From contig NW_002060945.1 of NCBI RefSeq assembly GCF_000150275.1, positions 8,758,011 to 8,822,010 of the forward strand: a stretch of 64,000 bases of DNA, given 5' to 3'. How positions within the stretch are numbered: position 1 is the first letter of the stretch; every line of letters begins with the position of its first letter. A program made the position numbers and the translations under genes. Origin of the DNA: Trichoplax adhaerens (lineage: Eukaryota > Animalia > Placozoa). Below the pieces are notes generated by a model. That model was given only the letters and a program-made list of their open reading frames with translations. It did not search any database and was not told the DNA's origin. This document shows, in pieces, positions 35,801 through 48,923 of this stretch.

Positions 35801-38226
35801 AGGTAATAGATTTTATGCCCTAAATCTATTAAGTTTAATGAAAGTAAAGTCAAAGTTTACTGGAATTATACTGAATGTTTGTACATTTATTAATAGGATG
35901 TTAGATTGTGGTAACCATTACTGCACTAAACCATGTCATGCAGGACAATGCCCTTCGTGTTCTTTGCTTCCTGAAAATATAAAAACTTGTCCTTGCGGAA
36001 AAGTCGATATTTCTACATTACTATCTGAACCTAGAAATTCTTGTACAGATGCCATTCCCACATGTAATAATATATGTCAACGAGAATTAAATTGTCGCGA
36101 TAAGCACGGTCAACCGCACTTGTGTGAAAAGCCATGCCACATAGGTGTTTGTGGACCTTGCGAAAAATCAACAGTAATTAAATGTGATTGCGGGCGAGAA
36201 AAAAAAGAAATCGCGTGTGTTGAGCTAGAGCAAAATATAACTTTCAAGTGTAATTATACGTGTAATAAGAAGAAGAAATGCGGTCGTCATCGATGCAATA
36301 AAAAATGCTGTAATGTTAGTGATATTAACAATGGTCTTCTCCACTTGATTAATTAAATCTCCTGTAATTGTAGTATTTGCAGTATGAAGGTTGATCTTTT
36401 GTTAAGCAGACTTACAGTAGAACTTGTATAACTTATTTGTAATATAATTATACTGTTCTTGCATTTATGACAATGCTAACTGTTATAATTTTTTTGTAAT
36501 TAAGGATACCGAACATATATGTGATCTTGTATGTAACCGGAAGCTTACATGCGGACTTCACCTATGTCAGGAACCGTGCCATTCTGGAAAATGTTTGCCT
36601 TGTCCTAATTTTAGTATAGATGAATTACGTTGTTACTGTGGTGAGGCCGTTATTTATCCGTTAGTCCCTTGCGGAACTAGACCACCTCCTTGTGATAACT
36701 TGTGTCAAAGGGAGCACGATTGTGATCATCCAGTTACACACTCGTGTCAAAGTAAAGATTATGATGGTTGCCCAAACTGTACATTTCTAACGACGAAGAT
36801 TTGCATGGGTGGACATAAGGTAAACCTTTTGTTATACCTATGTTACCGATAGATTTTAGAGTTTTTCACGGCAATATTTCTGTTTGTATAGGAAATGCAT
36901 AATATCCCTTGTCATATCAAGAATGTATCTTGTGGCGAATTATGCTTGAAGAAACTACCATGCTCACATCAATGTCAACGGTATTGTCACAGTGGAGATT
37001 GTTTAGATGAAAAAAATAAATGTCGACAGCCATGTCAAAGACCACGTAGTGATTGCGAGCATCCTTGCAATAGTCCTTGCCACGGTGATACTCCGTGTCC
37101 TGATCTACCTTGTAAACATGAGGTATTTTGCAAATGTTAAGGTTTCATTCATTATTACAATTTATAACTGTATTCATATACAAGTATAGCGCCATCAACG
37201 GTGGACAACTGTCATTTTTTATGCGTTAAGAAGGTGTTTATTATTTAATAGATCACCATTAAATGTGATTGTGGAAGAAGACAAGCTGTGATATTATGCT
37301 CAGATAGAAACAATCCTAAATATAGGCGTCACAATGCATCCAAGTTATACATGAAGCTGCACTCGCAACAGATTGGTGATAATTCGGTTGATATTACAGA
37401 TATAATTACGTCAGATAACAGAGAGAATAGGCGTTTGGAATGTGATACCGAGTGCGCTCGCCTCGAGAGAAATCGGTAGATAGCTACGTACAAAATGCGT
37501 ATTCATCTCAATCAGTTACTATTTTCTATTTATAAAGCTTCTCATGTAAATTCCTTATCGCAGAGCTTTGGCTAAAGCATTGGATATTCAAGAATCGCAA
37601 GTATTCAGGGAAGAATACTCCAAGACGCTATTAGAAGAAGGGCAACATAATTTAAACTTGGTTTTATCAATTGAAAAATCTTTAGCATTGATAGTTAACA
37701 GAGCTCTAGAAGTAATGACTAGCAATGAATCACTTCTTATATACTGTAGATTAATCGTTAGCTTCATGTTCTAATCGCACTTTAAATTCGTATTTAACAT
37801 AGACTGGCGAAGTTCAACGCTTCTCTTTTCCGATCATGAAAGCAAAACAACGACAGATCATTCATGAACTGGCGGAACATTATGATTGTAATACAAGTAG
37901 CTATGATGAAGAACCGAAGCGCAATACTGTAGCAACTGCTGGCAGGTATGAGAGTGTGCTTTACTTTTGTGTGTGAAATGTTTCTTTTGCATTTTGTTAA
38001 GTTTATCTCAGTGGAGTAAAATATAAGTTAGGTTATAATATTTTTATATATTAGACTATCAAGAATTCCCAAGAATACATTAAGCGAAGAAATTAACCAA
38101 ATTAACAAGCGAAAATGCCAGTCAAATGTAGCAATAGAAGAAAGCCGTGCAATGTTAAATAAAATTGCCTTAAAAGAAGGAGAAAAGGCCAAAAAAATTG
38201 ACTATTTCAGCGATGATTGGAGTTAA
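32877..38226 (+). CDS. NFX1: Transcriptional repressor NF-X1 (RING/PHD-like finger, NF-X1 zinc-finger repeats, R3H domain), multi-exon
   Basis: Long polar low-complexity N-terminal exon. Then [20 protein letters not shown]...[19 protein letters not shown]...WRCPACQ, multiple CGxHxCxxxCHxGxC repeats, [21 protein letters not shown]3H-like [35 protein letters not shown], and C-terminus [12 protein letters not shown]. The R3H domain favours NFX1 over NFXL1. The start could lie in an upstream exon. Confidence 0.94.
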
Positions 38227-38678
38227 ATGGAGATTCATAAGCATTTATTAAAGTTTTATGCAGTAAATTATTACCATAATGTGTTATGACTTAAACGAAA
38301 AATATTTTTTGTACAGCCTGAATGTTACTATTACCGACGAAAACGTATATTCAGTTAACGATAAATGCTGATATTTAACGATCGACAAACAGCATTCTTT
38401 AATAAAATTATGTATATTATTGTATTTAAATGGGTTGCTATTACTAGTATATTTTGAAATAAAAAGTTAACTTTAACGGAATGTGGACATTAATACGTTG
38501 ATAAGTATGACCTAAATTAACTGTACGCAGACTTCACAATATCAATGCAATTTAAGCATTGTAATTGCAAGTATATATAGCCTTTTTTAGAAAGACATTT
38601 AGTTAATGATTATTCGGTATTCACTATTTTATTACAAATTGAGTAACTCATTTCATAAGATTCTTGATTTCCTGTTGC

Positions 38679-41600
38679 TTACGAGCCAGGTGCATATTGA
38701 TCAACACGATCAAGAAGTCGTTCAGAATAACCAGGGGAATAATACCTATATAAATATATTATTCGAAAAAGTTACGCTTTGCCAGATTTGAAATTGTTAA
38801 AGGTACAAGAAATGTATATTACTTGCTTTGTGACTCACCTCACAATTTCTTCTGGGTAGCAGCTGTTAATCGTGTTGATATATTCGTGTAAAATGGTTCC
38901 GGGCTCTGCGTTTATTTCTTGAACCTAACAAGAGTAGTTTAAGAAGTTAGAACTATCCATAATAACATACAACCTGCTTGGCAAGATCATTGTACGAGTC
39001 GTATTAATCTACATCTATGAAACACATATTGAAAGAAATTGAATGATATAAGTGCGTAAAGATACCTTCTTCAATCCTCCACTAGTAACAAACATTCGTC
39101 TGGCTTTACTATCGTGCGGTAGAACTTTAGAGAATTGACCAACAACATGTTTAAGTATATTAGGCGGAGCATCGTGTAGTAAAGGTTCCAATGCCGGTAA
39201 ATAGACACATTTTTGTAAAATATTTTTTAAGGCTCTTTTAGCTTTAGTTTTCAAATCTTCTGAACTAAATGTGCTCAAATAAGCTTCTAACAGGCGAGGT
39301 AAAACATTAGCGGATGCAACAGCTCGTGCATGCTCAGGTGTATGTCGACCTATTTGACCTAGAGCCCATGCTGCGGCAGCCTACATATAGAATTTATCTC
39401 AGATTAGGTCCATGTTGATTAGCTTTACTTTTACAACTGTCTTGAGGCCACTTACCCTAATGTGATCTTCCTTTTCTTCGGATATTGTTAGTGATAGTTG
39501 TGTAACACCCTACATATTTTTACAATAGATTAAATTTATGCATTAATATTTAAATTGAAATTAATTTATTTTAGATATAATTATAAATGCTATTAATTGA
39601 ATGGATTATACAGCATATTCGTATACAGTAATAATGTGCTATTTATTAATCCATACCTTCGATACTACAACGGCCATGGCTAAATTTTCAGAGTGGGCGG
39701 CTACATATCCTAACATCATTACACCAGGTAAACGAACATTTCCTGTGGTTTCTCCAACGTAATCCACTACAGCCGCTACACCACCTGCATTAACAATCAG
39801 CTGTGCTAACTGAAATCAAGAGAGGTTGTAACCAAATTAATACAATGATTTATTTATTTTTATACATCATTTTAGTTTCTTGTCAATACATTATATCGAT
39901 ATACATATATATATATATATATACTATACCTCAGGCGTATGCTTTGCAATTTCACGGATAAGTGTCGCTACATTCTTCTTCACATATTCATCCGTATCTT
40001 TTAAGCAATTTAGTACAGCAGGAAAGATTTCTGCTTCTACAACCATTTCAGCAAGATCAACTGAATGTTTTGCAATCTGGCTGAGAGCTGAAAAGACTTG
40101 GCGCTATCAATCAAAATTAATATTTAATTAAATTGCTTGTCCGGTATAAATTGCTACAGTAATCGTAATAACCACTAATTAACCTTTAACTTTGCATCCT
40201 GGTTAAGAATCATTTGAGCGAGATGAGCTATTGCTCCAGCATCGACAACAGTTTGGGCCAACTGATAATATACAAATTAGAATTAATATTTATGATTATT
40301 ATAAGAGATTACTAGTTTTAATAATTTAAAACTTTAAATGATCAAATATAGAATAACCTCTGAGGTATGCTTTGATATATCACTTAAAGCAGATGCTGCA
40401 ATGCGTTTGAGCGATAACTCCGGTTCCTGAACACAAAGTACTAGAAGTGGTACTGCTCCAGCATCAACAACGTTTTGTGCTAATTCTGTGAATTATTTAA
40501 GAGAAATAATTAGAATTAGATATATCCAACAAGATAATTTTTATTTCTGGTTATTTAGAAATTAGTACAATACAAAGTAGTTTGTACCTGCATTATGGCG
40601 AGCAATATAACCTAGAGCCCATGCTGCTGCTTCCTTAACACCAGGATCAAACTCTTCTAAACATACTACTAGCGCATCTAAGGCTCCACAATCGACTACA
40701 TGCTGCAATTAATTAATTGATAAATTTATATATATGTTCGATAATACAAGTAACGGATTTAAGAGAAATTTAAGAATTGCGTTATTTAATTTAATTTTCG
40801 CACCTGAGCAAGCTCGGGAGAGTGTCTAGCCACCGCTCGCAATACAAAAGCAGCTGCTTTCTTGTAAAATCGCTAATCCAAAAATAATAATATTAATTTT
40901 ACTGTAAGATTTAGGCCCGTATATGTCTAGATGTTACTGAAAATTGGATACACTCTCTAATTGTTAAACATAAATTGAAAGCTTACATTTTGCTCCGCTA
41001 AGGAGTATACCAGTTGCGGTAAAATATCTCCTTTCACGACAGCCATAGCTAGATCATCATTATAATTAGCTAGACGTCCTAAAGCCAAAGCAGCGGTTTG
41101 TTGAATTGTAGGAACGATATCCAATAATAGTGGGCGAAGTAAAGACATTACACCTTAATTTTGAGGGTTAAAATTCAAAGAGTAAAAACGCGAAAGAAAT
41201 GAGAATAACAAAATATATTCATGTTACTTTTGCTTGAATGAAGGTTTATTATCAAGTTTGGCTATTTTAGTTAAGCAAGAGAGATGATATTATTTCGTAT
41301 GGGTTCAGTTTTTATTGATGTTAAGTTATAACAGGTATAGTTTATAAAGTCAATTAAGGCTGAATAGATTATGATTTATTGTATAGCTACTTACCAGCAT
41401 TTTGTAAAATTTCGATATTTTGTGGCCGAGATGATAGTTCTGCGACTGTTTGTACGAAAGTTGTTCTAGCTTTCTGATATTGCTCAAAAACTGCAGGAGA
41501 AAAATAAATAGGATTATAAGAAAATTCATTCTATCATAGAAACGGCAATAATTCTTGGATGGGTGTTGATACACCGATGAATCTAAAGGATTTGAGTACT

Positions 41601-41885
41601 CGATGAAAGTTTGAAAGTTAAAGTATTTGAAAATATGGAAAAGTAATCCATATCATTCACGTCAAGAATAGACGAAGAAATATATTCGCTTCATATCAAT
41701 CGATCGATCTTGCAGATAGACGTTATCGCGCTAGCAAAGTATCGAGGCATTTCTTATGAGGAGAAACGCGATTCGCTACCCAATGTAATTATAGCCTTTG
41801 CTATCGTTGATTATTTGACACTGTAATATTCATTCAGCTAGTGATTTAATTAGTTTATACCTTGTAGGATTTGTCTTGTACTCAT
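38679..41885 (-). CDS. SPAG6: Sperm-associated antigen 6 (PF16; ARM-repeat axonemal central-pair protein), multi-exon
   Basis: MSTRQILQVFEQYQKARTTFVQTVAELSSRPQNIEILQNAGVMSLLRPLLLDIVPTIQQTAALALGRLANYNDDLA...KAKRALKNILQKCVYLPALEPLLHDAPPNILKHVVGQFSKVLPHDSKARR...YPEEIVRYYSPGYSERLLDRVDQYAPGS-TAA. Confidence 0.98.
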
Positions 41886-42114
41886 GTTGGTGCGTCGATA
41901 GATTGTTTTTCTTATTGGTTAGCTTTTAATTTAGCTTCTCTTTCTTTAGCTATCGCCAATCTATTTTATCAAAGGAAAATGAAAGGATATGGATTTTTGA
42001 TAGCGTACTACTGTATACGCTACGTCGAGATGGCAAGGTTATGAATTTAGTGTCTTCTCGAAGGCCTATGTACCTCAATATTCAATTACTGTATTTTACT
42101 TGTTAACAGTCCAT

Positions 42115-42151
42115 GTTGCTAGGGAACTGTTGTCACTGGTTGCTAGGCAAT
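42115..42151. promoter_or_regulatory. Two tandem RFX X-box-like sites upstream of SPAG6
   Basis: GTTGCTAGGGAAC (42115-42127) and GTTGCTAGGCAAT (42139-42151), ~230-265 bp upstream of the SPAG6 ATG. Confidence 0.72.
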
Positions 42152-42533
42152 CAAACGCTTGACCGATCTTGCTTCGGCCGTTCTTGCAGAGTACACAGTA
42201 CATAGTGTACTTTGAGTACTGTACACTGTACACTCTGTTACTCTGGTGGTCATTTTAACCCTTACTATCTGTAACTTTTCTGAAATTTGGCCTTGAATTA
42301 GCTAATCATGGTCATAATAGTAATATCGCTATTATTATTATCTTTTTATTGCCGTAAACGGCTACTTTATGGCTACTTTCTGCTCTACCCTATTTTAGTT
42401 TTGGTGGCAGGCTAGCAGCACTAGCATCTGTCTCCGGCTAAAGAGTAAACAAATGAGTACAGTACTATACAGTACAGTACCTTGCAAAATACTGTTTGTA
42501 CTGCACTACTGTACTGTACTCGGTGTACTGTAG

Positions 42534-42867
42534 TCAAGTCCATCCTGGACGACTGGAAGGACTCGACAGACTGCATCGGATGGACAGACTTTGTATACGA
42601 AATGAGGCTGAAATCTCTCAAAATCAATTACTTCGTATGGATTTTCAAGTCCGTCCTGGACGACTGGAAGGACTCGATACGACTGTATCGGATGGACAGA
42701 CTTTGTATACGAAATGAGGCTGAAATCTCTCAAAATCACTTACTTTGTATGGATTTTTCCGTCCTGGACGACTGGAAGGACTCGATACGACTGTGTCGGA
42801 TGGACAGAGTTTTTATACGAAATGAGGCTGAAATCTCCCAAAATCACTTACTTCGTATGGATTTTCA
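42534..42867. repeat. Tandem repeat, ~108-111 bp unit, 3 copies, between divergent SPAG6 and CISD3
   Basis: TCCTGGACGACTGGAAGGACTCGA at 42543, 42654 and 42762. Confidence 0.95.
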
Positions 42868-43077
42868 GTGTCTATTTTTCTTAATCACGTCTACTAATTT
42901 AAAAAATTTAGGATCTTATATAACTACTTTGCAGTAGAAATTAGTAAAATAGAATAGATTTCAATGTAATATTATTTAATTTAGAAAAATAAGTCAATTA
43001 CAAAATCGAGCATTCGCTTGATGCCATTATGGCGAGTAGGAGGTGTTTGCAACAATATTCTACAAGATAGAGCCGAA

Positions 43078-45179
43078 ATGTCCGGCCGTCTGAGTCAGGT
43101 GGCTACGATTCTGTATACAGTACAGTATGAATCAAAAACTGCTCAAGCTCCCATAGTACAGCAATAGAATTCCTCTTCCAAGTCCTTTACTACTTGCAAG
43201 TCTACAGCACAAGAATTTGCTTAGTTGCCGGCAGTCATTCTACTTTGTGCCCAGTTCAAGCGTTGGTGATCATTATTCTAATTAGCAGGATATCAAGTTA
43301 AGCTAGAAGCTCACAATGATAACTCTATTTCATCATGCTCGCATACGGGTAAACCTTGTAAGTACTGCATTATCAAATTAGAGGACAGTACAAGTTACGA
43401 TAGATTACTGTAACTGTATGGACATGTTTAGATGTAGAATATTGCAGGTAATTGCCTAACTCGCAACTGCTTACTTGAACCTCCAATTAGGATAGCCAAT
43501 TAATAATTACAGCATGCATGTACATAGTACATACCTGATAGATTAGAGCTGCTACTGAATAAGCTGTAACTCTACTGTATATCTTATAAATGATCAGTTA
43601 CATACATTCAATTGTATTTGTACATTGTATGCATAATACGATACAAGTTAAATTCTTAATAACTGTTGCAACCATTTTGAGCCATGGAGATCCTCATGGC
43701 TGAAATATTGTACTGTATATATATATAATTTCGGACATTGGCTGCAAAAATGTACATATTTGCACTTTGTACTCTGTAGCCATGATTACCACAAATTGCA
43801 AAAGTCACTAACAGCCTCAATACATATATAATTTCGGACATTGGCTGCAAAATGTACATATTTGCACTTTGTACTCTGTAGCCATGATTACCACAAATTG
43901 CAAAAGTCACTAACAGCCTCAATACTATAACTTTGCAATTTCGATGAACCATCCTAATATTGACTATGTTTTTTTGCTATGGACAGCACTCTCAATGTTG
44001 TTGTACGTATACAGTGTATTGAAATGGTAGATTGATTTTAAAATTATCAACTTATCGTCGATTGTCATTTGCTGATAGTATAACGTGGCAAGTATTACCA
44101 ATCTCCGGTTAGGATGGTAATATTATTTCCACTGAGTGAACCTGCGTGCACAGAAATAAATAATTACCGTCATCGATACTTGTATTGTAATATACCATGG
44201 ATAGAGCTGTGTGTACTGTATATGCATATTGACTAATAATATCATTACATGTTGCGCAATATATTTTTTCTATCTTATTTATATTTATTTTAAGATCTTT
44301 CTGACGCGGCTGTAAATAAACGTCTACCTTACACGTATATCAATTAGTGGATTAATAGGTTTAAAATCGCAATTATGACCAAATTACTGTAGCTGTCGGC
44401 AAACATACATGTGATGGCTCAACAGCAATATGAAATGACAACTTTATCAAATGATTTTGTTGATTTGATAATATTAGCCTATTGGATAGTTAATGAGACA
44501 TATTTGCAATTAATAATGACGCTATTTTCTGATACAAGAAGTAAAGGAAATTAAGGCATTCGTTATTCACACTTACGCTTACCTTGATGTTCTTGACAGA
44601 TTTCTCATCGGTTATGCCGCTTAAATTCAACTGAAGTAATTTCCGCTTCATTAATACCAAAAAGGGTTTTGCTGGAAGAAGGTAAAAATTACTTCTGGTG
44701 CGTATGTGGACGGAGTACGAAGCAGGTATAAATCGTTCATTGTCTTTATCTTAGACTTTAGGAAGATCTAGCTTAAATGTATAAATATAGATGGTTTTGG
44801 ACATGTTAGCAATTATTTGGAAAGCTAGTTTTAATGAAGTCTTTAGTATGTCTGTAGTATACCCGATGATGTTGAATGTATTATGAATGTACTACTGTAC
44901 GTTAGATCGCAATATAATACTAAAATAGATTAAAAGTGCATTATGGAATGCCTTACTGATTATCATCTCTTGTGATGTTTACACGGATAATTCTATTTTC
45001 TAATCTAGCCATTTTGTGATGGTAAACACAAGGGCACCAGCTTTAAACCAATCAAGTTTACGGTGGAAAAGACCGGTAAACGCTTTTTATGCTGTTGTAA
45101 GCATACTCAGAACAAACCCTTTTGCGATTTAACTCATATAAAAGTAATGGCTAAGAGGATAACTGGTCAAAAAATGTAA
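43078..45179 (+). CDS. CISD3: CDGSH iron-sulfur domain protein 3 (MiNT/Miner2), two CDGSH domains; exon 1 tentative
   Basis: Exons 44600-44725 and 45009-45179 give ISHRLCRLNSTEVISASLIPKRVLLEEGKNYFWCVCGRSTKQPFCDGKHKGTSFKPIKFTVEKTGKRFLCCCKHTQNKPFCDLTHIKVMAKRITGQKM. Candidate exon 1 (43078-43098, MSGRLSQ) joins in phase 0 and gives an Arg/Ser-rich, presequence-like N-terminus. Not in the ORF track. Confidence 0.9.
43721..43925. repeat. Near-perfect tandem duplication, ~103 bp x2, in the putative CISD3 intron 1
   Basis: TCGGACATTGGCTGCAAAA at 43731 and 43834. Confidence 0.93.
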
Positions 45180-46279
45180 TCATTCCTTGTCTAATGCTTT
45201 TTTCCTGTGTTGTAAGGGTATTCTTACAAGCCGGTTTGCTTTTAATTTACGTTAAAATAACGTAATATAATTTTTCTGATATAACTGTTACTAAGCTGTA
45301 CGCTATCGCAATGTCCACTTATATATTAAGTTAAAGGAGTATTTCTTGCACTGTTTCTTTACAGCTTATTAAATAGGTCCTATTCTATTATCACTGTACG
45401 CTATCGGGATGTTTATTTTTATATCAAGTTAAAAGAGTATTTCTTGCACTGCTAGGTCTATTTGCGGCTTGTGAAGCAGTTGCTGTTCTGTTATCATTTA
45501 ATGCAAACATCAGAAAGGAAAGCTGCAGATTAGTTGAACGGATATAAATGTCAGCACTACGCAAAACTATATGTGAGCGTATACGCGTTAATAGGATATA
45601 TCTTTTTGCTCATAGCATCAATTCATGATGTAATATTATCCGTGCATGATATACTGTACTGTGGAGATAAAAGCTTATCGGTCAGTATGCATTTCTTCAT
45701 CGATGCACCTCTTGGGATTGGGTCATTTCGAGTGATTACGCGTATAGTGGATAGTTGTAGATTCGATCTTTTCTGTTATTTACATAATATTACTGCATAG
45801 TATTGTATTATATTAAATTTGAACTAGCCATGAACCAATTATTATTGTAGAGGTGGATGATATCGGATATGAATTAATTATTACTATACAATGATTTGAT
45901 AAAGTCGGCACAATATAAACTATTCTCCTTTATTACAGTTTGGGAATCGCAAGTGATGGTGACTATAGTCCATGGTATAGTGATCGATCATATATCATGT
46001 ACTGTAGGTAAAAGTTGGTATAACGTAAACGATTGTGCTTTACAATTTACGAATAACCCATGATTTCCGAGTATACTATAGTGATCCGTTATCGATTCTG
46101 TATTAAATTATGGATGTATCAGTAGTAGCAAGCTTAAAAGTATTAAAGCCATGTCGGTAGAAATGAATTACAATCATCGAAAGCTCTGTAATGATGGTTA
46201 AGTTGATCGTTAGCATATCTTTTACTCGTCGTTTCTCTACAAGATTGGACATATCTCGTACTGTATTTTGTTGGGGTTA

Positions 46280-47250
46280 GGGGCTGGTGGCGAATAGTAA
46301 GGTTTAGTTTTAATCCCCCCAAAATAGTACAGACAATCCTAGGTTTGACCATAACAGTGCATAACACCTTATCTAGCAGTCTAAAGGTAGAGTATCTGTA
46401 CTAGGATGGACTAGCTGAGGATTGGTTAGGTTTAGTTTTAATCCAAAAAATAGCATAGTAAAGATAATCCTAGGATTGACCATACTATATACACCCATAA
46501 TTGATTGATATAATGCACATACATATCATGAAATTGTCATAAAGGACAGGTCCTGCTAAATGCAAAGTACAGTACAGCAGTCCTTTTCCAGCAAGCATAT
46601 CATTTTGTGAGGTAAAGTATCTGTACTAGAATGGACTAACGGAGGTTTGGTTAGATTTAGTTTTAATCTCCAAAATTGTAAAGACAATCCTAGGATTGAC
46701 CATAACATATACACCCATATTTGATTGATATAATGCATATACATATCATGAAACTGCCATAAAGGATAGGGCCTGCTAATGTGATGTAAAGTATGCGTAT
46801 AAAACTGTCATAAAGGACAGGGCCTGCTAAATGCAAATACAGTAGTCCCTTTCTAGTAAGCGGGTCATTTTGTGATGTAAAGTATCTGTATGAACTGCTG
46901 TAAAGGACAGGGATTGCTGAATGCCAATCTAGTAGTCCTTTTCCAGTAAAAGCAGGCCATTTTGTGATGTAAAGTATCTGTATAAAACTGCTATAAAGGA
47001 CAGGGGTTGCTAAATGCAAATCCAGTAGTCCTTTTCTAGCAAAAGCAGGCCATTTTGTGATGTAAAGTATCTGTATAAAGCTGCTATAAAGGACAGGAGT
47101 TGCTAAATGCAAATCCAGTAGTCCTTTTCTAGCAAAAGCAGGCCATTTTGTGATGTAAAGTCTCCGTATAAAACTGCTATAAAGGACAGGAGTTGCTAAA
47201 TGCAAATCTAGTAGTATTTTTCCAGCAAAAACAGGCCATTTTGTGAGGTA
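46280..47250. repeat. Compound tandem repeat: ~226-bp duplication running into a 93-bp-unit array (~5 copies), upstream of STUB1
   Basis: TTTTGTGA(T/G)GTA at 46868, 46960, 47053, 47146 and 47239. TTTAGTTTTAATC and CCTAGGATTGACCATA blocks are repeated within ~46300-46700. Confidence 0.92.
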
Positions 47251-48092
47251 CAGTATTAGACTTGACAAAGTGTATAAAGGCGAATAGGCACAATATGATC
47301 ACGTAGGCAGGGCAACATAACACGCAGCGTACCGGATTAGAGCGACTATCTCGTGTAGCATACAGTCCATTGCTATATAGTGAATACTGATGCACGTAGA
47401 CAAGATTACTTCGACCAACTGCCTCTACTTTTCGACGCTTTTTCAAGCACGAAGTTGTTCTATATGACAGATCGTCGACAGGAAAAGAATCCTTTCCCTT
47501 TCTTGTAGTCGGTATTTGGCCAAATCAACCATTGTACCATATAGTGTATAGGAGTCTCCTGGTGATCTTGTTGTTGAGAAGATCGAAAGGACTTTTCTTG
47601 GATTGACTGAAAGCAAAAAAAAAAGAGACTGAAAAGTGACAGTGTGAAAGAGATTGAACATGATTGGCATCGAAAGCAGTTAGAAATCCTAGACTGTGGC
47701 TATCTCTGCAATTAAGTGGGTAGTAAGCAAAGTAGAAGTGTAGCTGTCCAACGAGTAGTAGTAGCACCAATTAAATGTTAATGGAGGATTGAAAATCAAA
47801 GCTACTTACTATTGTATCGTCGTCAATTTGGGTAGAATTTACTGGAAACATTCCGCTGTTGATGTTATAGAAGGTCAATTTAATGGGCTTTGCGGTTATA
47901 CTGTACTGTTGTAGAACCATATAGACTACATACGAGTAAATAATCAAGACGATAAAATCGTAAGATCTAGCAATCAGTTGGAAATAATATCATCAAGCCA
48001 AATCAGGTAGGATTGAAAGAAAATTATTCTTATTTTAAGACTGCATTGGAAGCTGAAAGTGCACCCGTATCTTCAAATCAACACCAAGAAAA

Positions 48093-48923
48093 ATGGCAAC
48101 GACAAGCGATGAAGATTTTAAACGTCAAGGTAATATGTACTTTCATAATAAGCAATTCCCTCAAGCCATCGAATGCTATACCAATGCTATCAAGAAAAAT
48201 GCTAGCGTACCAACTTATTATAATAACAGAGCGTTGTGTTACCTCAAACTTAAAAAATATGATAATGTCGCTAGCGATAGTCGACGTGCTATTGAGATCG
48301 ATGCTAGTTGTGTTAAAGGCTACTACTTTTTGGGACAAGCTTTATATGAACAGGGTAAATATGATGAAGCGGTCAACGCATTGAAAAAAGCTTTCCAATT
48401 AGCACGCCAACAGAAATTTAATGTCGGTGATGATATCACCAATATTCTAAGAATGGCTAAACGGAAGCGTTGGAATGAATTAGAGCAGAAACGCATCCGA
48501 GCACAAAGTGATTTATATGCCTATTTAAAAAAATTAATGTTCGATGATAAAGAAAGAAAGATTAAAAATTGCAAATCGGATGATTCTGTCGCTGTAGCTG
48601 ATGTAAACAAGATGTACGATAGTTATTCCGATCAATTGGAAAATATCTTTCGTAAAGTAGATGAAAAACATCAGAAACGAGAGGTGCCAGACTATCTGTG
48701 CGGTAAAATCAGTTTCGATTTAATGAAGGATCCGGTGATTACCCCTAGTGGCATTACATACGATCGTAAAGATATAGAAGAACATTTACTAAGAGTTGGT
48801 CATTTCGATCCAGTAACTCGGAGTGAATTAGTCCCCTCACAATTGATATCGAATTTATCGATGAAAGATGTGCTTGAAGCATTTATTACTGAAAATCCCT
48901 GGGTTGAAGGAAGTGATTGGTGA
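48093..48923 (+). CDS. STUB1: E3 ubiquitin ligase CHIP (TPR + U-box), 276 aa, intronless CDS
   Basis: TPR region FKRQGNMYF...[12 protein letters not shown]...[11 protein letters not shown], linker [24 protein letters not shown], and U-box [49 protein letters not shown]. Confidence 0.98.
   Translation: MATTSDEDFKRQGNMYFHNKQFPQAIECYTNAIKKNASVPTYYNNRALCYLKLKKYDNVASDSRRAIEIDASCVKGYYFLGQALYEQGKYDEAVNALKKAFQLARQQKFNVGDDITNILRMAKRKRWNELEQKRIRAQSDLYAYLKKLMFDDKERKIKNCKSDDSVAVADVNKMYDSYSDQLENIFRKVDEKHQKREVPDYLCGKISFDLMKDPVITPSGITYDRKDIEEHLLRVGHFDPVTRSELVPSQLISNLSMKDVLEAFITENPWVEGSDW

Noticed and set aside
42168-42180. CTTGCTTCGGC, resembling the 5' end of U6 snRNA
   Set aside because: Only an ~11-nt match. 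Downstream U6 sequence, including the ACAGAGA box, is absent.
45296-45452. Degenerate ~98-bp duplication and small hairpin downstream of the CISD3 stop, considered as an IRE or SECIS
   Set aside because: No CAGUGN-loop stem or SECIS core is seen. It is an ordinary decayed duplication.
46690-47268. 192-aa repetitive ORF on the - strand
   Set aside because: It arises because the 93-bp unit is a multiple of 3. One unit is 92 bp and breaks the peptide repeat, and there is no known repeat-protein signature.
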